From Tubulanus polymorphus (Eukaryota; Animalia; Nemertea), in NCBI RefSeq assembly GCF_964204645.1, contig NC_134035.1, positions 11,006,451-11,070,450 on the forward strand: DNA of 64,000 nt, written 5' to 3'. The position numbers and the translations under genes were made by a program. The first letter of the stretch is position 1; every line of letters begins with the position of its first letter. Shown piece after piece: positions 58,538-64,000 of this stretch. Below the pieces are notes generated by a model that saw only the letters and a program-made list of their open reading frames with translations, did no database searches and was not told where the DNA came from.

Positions 58538-60241
58538 TTACGACGACGTGGTTTCGGTTTTAGTCGGCGCCGGCGGCGTAGGTCGCGTCGTTCCGTCGTT
58601 AGAAACCTCCGGATCGATGCTGCTACTATCGTTCGAATCATCTTGCGCGACTTCACGTCGTTCTTTCGGATCGAGAGCCGCCGCCGCTCCCTGCGTCGCC
58701 GACGACGAGACGTCGCTCTTCAGTTTTTTCGCTTCTCGTTTCGTATTCCCGTTCGATTCATCCTCGTCATCGTCATCATCTTCTTCGTTAATCGATCTCT
58801 TCGTAGACGACGGCGGCAGCTGGGGCGCCGTTTCAGCCGCCGACGCCGCGTGGTTCGACTCCTCGGTCATCTTAAGTTGCTGCACGCGCCAATCGACGGC
58901 GCCGAATAAATTATCGATGTCCTTCGAGCCGGCCATAACGAGGAACACGCGAATACCATCGTCGCATTGACCGGTGATATGAATACTTTTCGAACTGGCG
59001 CGCTCGACCATCATCCCCGACCAGACTTTCGTGTTGAGAATAACGGTCAACGTGCCGTGCATGCGTATGATTATACGCGAATGAAACGGTTCGTCGTTGT
59101 CGGCCGACTTGTCGTTCAAACGCAGCAGTCCGCGACCGCGTTCCAGCCAGTTGTGCGTCGCCTTCTCGAACATGTACAGTTTGCAGTTGATCTGCAAGAC
59201 GTTCGACTCGGCCTCCTCGCCGGTGAACGTCGGAACCTCGTTGAATTCTTGCACGGCGTGTTTCGCCTGGTACGCTGACGCCGATTCGGCCAACGTCGTC
59301 GTCTTGTCGGTCGACGGACTCGTCGCGACGTTGCCGTTTTTCATCGCGTCCGACGAATCCGCGTTCAGATCTTTCAACGACACGTTATTCGCGCCGATGA
59401 ACTGTAAACTGGCGCCGCTCGATAAACTACCCGCGCCGCCGCCGCTCGTTTTACTACTCGTCGACGCTTCGTTTCCGGACGCCAAATCCGTCGGACTAGC
59501 CGGCGTTCCGGTTACCCTTTCGGCGATATTTCGTCCGAACACGAAACCGGATCCGCGTAAATCCGACGACGACGTCGACGGCAGCGGTGGATTATCGGCT
59601 TCTTTCGGTCCGTCGCTGATTTTCGGGACGCCGCAAACCCGTTCGCCTAAATTCTTACCGAAAATGAAACCGCTACTCGACGCTTGATTGTCCGCGGTTT
59701 TCTGGTCGGGCGACGTCGCCTCGGCGGTCGTCGTCTGAGCCGTCGCTTCGTCGACAGCTTCGTCGGATTTCGAATCGGACTTCGGCGGCGAAAGAACCGG
59801 CTCCGACGAAGTCGATATGGAATTGACGGGGGCCACGTTTTCGGATGCCGCTTTTTCAAAGCCCCTATCCGACGAGTTCAGTTTCGTCGCGGTAAAACCT
59901 TTACCGAAATTCACAGTTTTCGAACTCAATGCAGACGGACGTAAATAAATGCTGTTTCGCGACGTCGTTGAATTGTCGTCCGCGTTCGCGGTTTTTTCTC
60001 CGCTCGCCGCCGAAATTTTATCCGAACCGCCGGCGCCGCCGAACATCGGCGTGAACGTAGCCGGCGCGATGATCGGTCGATCTTTCTTCTCGTCGTCGAT
60101 GTCCGTCTTGTGGGCGGCCGATCGAGCGAATGGATTCGCCGCGAATCGGTTAGGAGCGAGGATTCCTCCGCCGCCGAACGCGGCCGTACCCGTCGCGCCT
60201 CCGGAACTGTGACCAGAATCACGTTTCAAATTATCAGCCAT
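58538..60241 (-). CDS. RANBP3: Ran-binding protein 3 (CRM1 cofactor), 567 aa, CDS in a single exon
   Basis: Two RANBP3-type FxFG repeats (GFIFGKNLGERV, GFVFGRNIAERV), TLAESASAY, and RanBD (TGEEAESNVLQINCKLY..WLERGRGLLRLND..SRIIIRMHGTLTVILNTKVW). Splice acceptor gtttttgtttttcag 10 nt before the ATG at 60241, so the ORF-track extension to 60316 is intronic. Acidic/basic C-tail with a possible bipartite NLS (KR...KREAKKLK). Confidence 0.93.
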   Translation of the reverse strand: MADNLKRDSGHSSGGATGTAAFGGGGILAPNRFAANPFARSAAHKTDIDDEKKDRPIIAPATFTPMFGGAGGSDKISAASGEKTANADDNSTTSRNSIYLRPSALSSKTVNFGKGFTATKLNSSDRGFEKAASENVAPVNSISTSSEPVLSPPKSDSKSDEAVDEATAQTTTAEATSPDQKTADNQASSSGFIFGKNLGERVCGVPKISDGPKEADNPPLPSTSSSDLRGSGFVFGRNIAERVTGTPASPTDLASGNEASTSSKTSGGGAGSLSSGASLQFIGANNVSLKDLNADSSDAMKNGNVATSPSTDKTTTLAESASAYQAKHAVQEFNEVPTFTGEEAESNVLQINCKLYMFEKATHNWLERGRGLLRLNDKSADNDEPFHSRIIIRMHGTLTVILNTKVWSGMMVERASSKSIHITGQCDDGIRVFLVMAGSKDIDNLFGAVDWRVQQLKMTEESNHAASAAETAPQLPPSSTKRSINEEDDDDDEDESNGNTKREAKKLKSDVSSSATQGAAAALDPKERREVAQDDSNDSSSIDPEVSNDGTTRPTPPAPTKTETTSS

Positions 60242-60964
60242 TCTCTCTACTCTGAAAAACAAAAACAACAACGCCCATGAAATGAATGAGAAAGTGATTT
60301 GAACTAGGCCTATCATTGGGTGGCCACTTTTATTTGACTCGCTTTGCCTTCCCCCCCCCCCCCCGACTATTCCCTGACATATACATTGTTTTCCCTGACT
60401 TGATCAATTATTCATACAGGCCATAAAACGTAGTCGGAAACTGTTTGATTTTATACCCGATTCAGCAATCAAAATTCCTGGACCATTCCCTGACGTTTTA
60501 ATAAGGAAAATAAAATTCCCTGACTTTTCCCAGATATCCAGATAGGGAAATTGTTGAATCAACTTTCGTAGTCTATTATGACATGTTTTTATTGCTGGTT
60601 GGTGTACTTTGGAATCATCCAGGCTAACCCAAAACATGATGATTTCTGATTGGCTGCTGATGATGGAGGAGGTGGAGTTCTTGGCTAGGCTACGCTAGCA
60701 GCGTGCATGTCCTCCTCGGTATACTCGAGCGAGGAGTTCAATCACTGCCAAAGAGGGAAGATGGTGTCTCTGGCGATCCTGGACCGACCCATCGGCCTAA
60801 CTAGGCCCAAGTTTCTTTTTTGAGAAGACAACACACCACACACACACACACACAAGCAAGGCCCACACTGCACAGACGGTTTCTTTCCATTTTGAAAACA
60901 AAATTCTACCATGTACCAAAAACTTTAAAAGCAAACGCGCCAATCATTGAATAAACAGGCTTAC

Positions 60965-61120
60965 CAAATACTCGTATTGTACTTCTTCTTAGAAGACCAT
61001 GAATTTTTTTTCAAAAACCACACTTACTCGCCAAATCTCGAACTTTACCGTAACAAAACGAGATCGGACGAGAATAAAAAGGTCGATGTGAAAACCGGCC
61101 CAAACAAAAGTCCTATTCCG
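60965..61120 (-). other. Probable non-coding first exon of RANBP3 (two candidate donors)
   Basis: Minus-strand donors GTAAGT after 61028 and GTAAGC after 60965, upstream of the 60251 acceptor. The 5' boundary is a guess. Confidence 0.45.
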
Positions 61121-61522
61121 TGTTTTTTTCTTAACCCGTATTTCAAATGTTTATGTAACGTTAAGTTTTAATTTCTCGATATGCAATTTTCATGAATTCT
61201 TTGCAAATTAATGCTTTATTTTGAAATGTTTGATCGGGTAATTTTATGGTGAATAATAAAAGGTCAATTAAGTTCAACCGGAGATATCTAGATATTTCGT
61301 TACACTACTGCATATGTACCAACAATTTATTCATTATTTAATTATATGCAATAACTGATTAATCGGGAATTAGATAAATCTCAACAATCCATTCAATTTA
61401 TCTGAAACAAACATTATTTTTAGCAGTGGTTTTGTTAAATTGTTACTTAATAATCATACAAAAATTATATCAAACTTGTCTAAAGTTTTGTCGTTACACA
61501 TACCCCTGCTTGAGATTGAGAA
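61120..61522. promoter_or_regulatory. Putative bidirectional promoter region
   Basis: Short AT-rich interval between divergently oriented genes. Inferred from gene layout only. Confidence 0.4.
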
Positions 61523-63935
61523 ATGGAGAAAGCTGCCAAAACAATTCGCAGGTTTGTCTTCATCTCTAATTCTCTATTCGTAGCTTTTTGTTCTAATTTC
61601 GTGCACATTTCTAAAGTACAAGGTCGCTATGAATGAATAATTCAGTTAAGCCTACCTTTCTTAAAACTGGTTGAAAATTCCAACCAGTCCAATTCGTATC
61701 GTAGTAGCTACGTTCGTTAGTTTAGTTACTGGCAACTGGTAAGCTTTTTATAATCGGATGGGCTTATGTGGTTTGTGAAAATATTCAATCGTGAAAATAA
61801 ACCACAGACCTGACAGGTTACTGACTACTACGTTACGGAACGTTTTACCGTTTTGTAGCAATTGTGGCAATGCCAAAAGTGCCAAGTAGTTAGACCTACC
61901 TTTTTCGGTGGTGAGCCCCATACTGATACTGGTGTTGAGCTTTAGATATTCTAATAATGCTTTAACCATCAGGAGTGTGAAAAAGCTAATCTGAAACTAA
62001 ACCCGAGTCCAGTTTATTTGTGACTAAAAACCAAACTGCAATCCAATGCAGTCCAGTTGCTGAGACTAAACCGCATCATCAGTTCGGCCCCATCAGTTAG
62101 TTACTGACTTATTAAAGCACAGTCCAGTTACTGACTCAACCAGAGTCTGGTTATTGACTAAACTGAAGTCCAGTTATTGTCTATACCACAGTCCAGTAAC
62201 TGACTAAACTACATCCATCCAGTTACTGACTAGACCAAATCAAGTTACTGCCTGAACTATAGTCCAGTTAGTGACTAAAAACAAAAGTCTGGAAACTGAC
62301 TGAAACAGTCCAGCATTAGACCAACTTGTTAGATAATTGGTTAGCTACTGGTATTTCAAATACTGATGATTACCACTAAGTCCACTATGAGGCTAAGGCC
62401 AAACTGTGGAGAAAGAAAAATTAGCCCAGCTTTCAACAAATGATCGATGACATTTTACAATTTTAAGGAGTAGCGTGCGCCTTCTGTCACTGACCGGTGG
62501 ACATGGAAATCTCAATATGGTGATATCGGAAGAAAAAGACATTCGCAATACTTCAAAAGCTTTCATGGCTGCTCAAAATTCGGGTATTTATACATTTATT
62601 AGTTTAAACATCTATTACAGCAGTACGCGATTAACAAGAGAAATCCCACAATAGATACAGCCAAAAATGAAAAGTTCTATGGTAGAATGGTATATATTTC
62701 GAGCTATGTTGATAATATTATTAGCAAACATCGGGCGTACTAAGAACAGAATGAAATCAACGTAATATTTATTCAAGAATCAGAGTACATCATCCCATGT
62801 CGACAACTTATCCAAATGAGAATTTAGAAATTTTAATCGGAATATGAATTGAGATGTAGAATAAGAGATACAGGTTAAAGTGGTGTAAAGATTATCGATG
62901 AACCCGCGTCTGAATATGACAGAGCTAACAATGACAACATTTACGAATCGAATGGTTATTTTTGAATTGATTTATCATTTATATTCAGCTGCTCAGTACA
63001 TGATGAAATGGGCGTTGCAAGAAGATGACAGAGCAATTCAGGTATACTTAATATTTTGTTACACAGAAAACCCTTGATATGGATGTATGCATTTAGTAGC
63101 TTTGATTTTGACTCCTTTTTTGCCGTTAACCTTAGGACGTCGTTTGTCAGATGGGAGAATTGAATATACTGTGGACCGAAGTGCAGCGTGAATTTACCGG
63201 TAAGGAATATATTTCTGAGCAGTTTTATTATTATTTCGCGATGCTGATTTTTTTTTGAATTTAGAAAAAAGTCTTTTTGTTTTCATTTCTAGAGCAATTG
63301 AAAATGTTCAAACAAATGTTCGAGTTGATATTGGAAGGAGAAAAACACATCGACCAAGCGCGAAATCATCTCGTACGTAATAATATCATTGTAGTACCGT
63401 CAAGTACAATCAAATTACGGATAGATTTTATTCGATTCTAAGAAGTCATCCGACATAGTTGTCCGGGAGAACACAAAATATTCCCTTTCTCGACAACTTA
63501 GATCTGGATCCCGATCAGAGAATTTGCTTGTACCAAACTATAGATTATAGATCGTTGATCTTTTGCATTTCTTGATCCCACCCTTTGGAATGCTCTACCC
63601 AAAAAACATTTGTTATGAGCCCAATTTAGTAAAATTCTCCAAAAGCTGTTAACTGGATTACTTAAACGCGCCTTTGAAGACCTGGAATGCATTTGAATGG
63701 AACATTTGAATTTGGCACTACATGAATATTATTTCATCTTCATCATCAATTGAGCATAGAATCCTCACTAAAATGCTGTCCAGTTATCCACTGCCCTCCT
63801 CTAAAAGACATCAATCCCAAGTGACGACTGCAAATCTGTTAATGTGAGGATCAACTGTTGCCATTTGTTGATTTTCAGGCCTTATGCGAACAGAAAGAAG
63901 GCAAAATCAAGAAAGAATTGAAGAAAGCTGCAAAG
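61523..63935 (+). CDS. Uncharacterised helical protein, Pil1/Lsp1 (eisosome)-like BAR domain; 3'-incomplete, 6 exons in window
   Basis: Exons 61523-61551, 62468-62583, 62989-63041, 63136-63199, 63293-63372 and 63879-63935 are all AG/GT-bounded and phase-compatible. They give MEKAAKTIRRSSVRLLSLTGGHGNLNMVISEEKDIRNTSKAFMAAQNSAAQYMMKWALQEDDRAIQDVVCQMGELNILWTEVQREFTEQLKMFKQMFELILEGEKHIDQARNHLALCEQKEGKIKKELKKAAK with no stop. The gene structure is strong; the family call comes from by-eye alignment to recalled yeast Pil1. Confidence 0.82.
62005..62310. repeat. Degenerate ~22-27 bp tandem repeat (agtccagttactgactaaac) in intron 1 of the Pil1-like gene
   Basis: About ten decayed units; same family as 55515-55830. 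Confidence 0.75.
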
Positions 63936-64000
63936 GTGAATATCACTCATTCATACTCGTTCAGGTTTAGGTACAAACACCCGGAGATAGTTGCTCAAAA

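Noticed and set aside
58112-60212. Several long + strand ORFs (up to 265 aa) over RANBP3; likewise 53899-54607 and 27206-27590 over HIPK
   Set aside because: Antisense shadows of GC/CpG-rich exons, with no recognisable domains.
60242-60316. Hydrophobic signal-peptide-like N-terminus on the 592-aa ORF
   Set aside because: Mostly the translated polypyrimidine tract of the intron acceptor. The likely start is the ATG at 60241.

Overview
Eukaryotic (animal, invertebrate-like) genomic DNA: AT-rich, intron-rich, with canonical GT-AG splicing and many MITE/SINE insertions. Four protein-coding loci were reconstructed by hand. (1) The 3' part of SETDB1/eggless on + (23 exons seen, 280-10684: Tudor, MBD, pre-SET, split SET, post-SET). 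(2) A complete HIPK kinase CDS on - (15 coding exons, 54875 to 24100), apparently followed by a ~12 kb 3' UTR converging on SETDB1. (3) A RANBP3 gene whose whole CDS sits in one exon on - (60241-58538), just upstream of HIPK. (4) A multi-exon + strand gene, head-to-head with RANBP3 and invisible in the ORF track (61523 to window end). Its spliced 133-aa product aligns by eye, with one gap, to the BAR domain of the fungal eisosome proteins Pil1/Lsp1. This possible animal eisosome-type BAR protein is the top finding and needs a profile search to confirm. All homology calls are from recalled sequences, not database searches.
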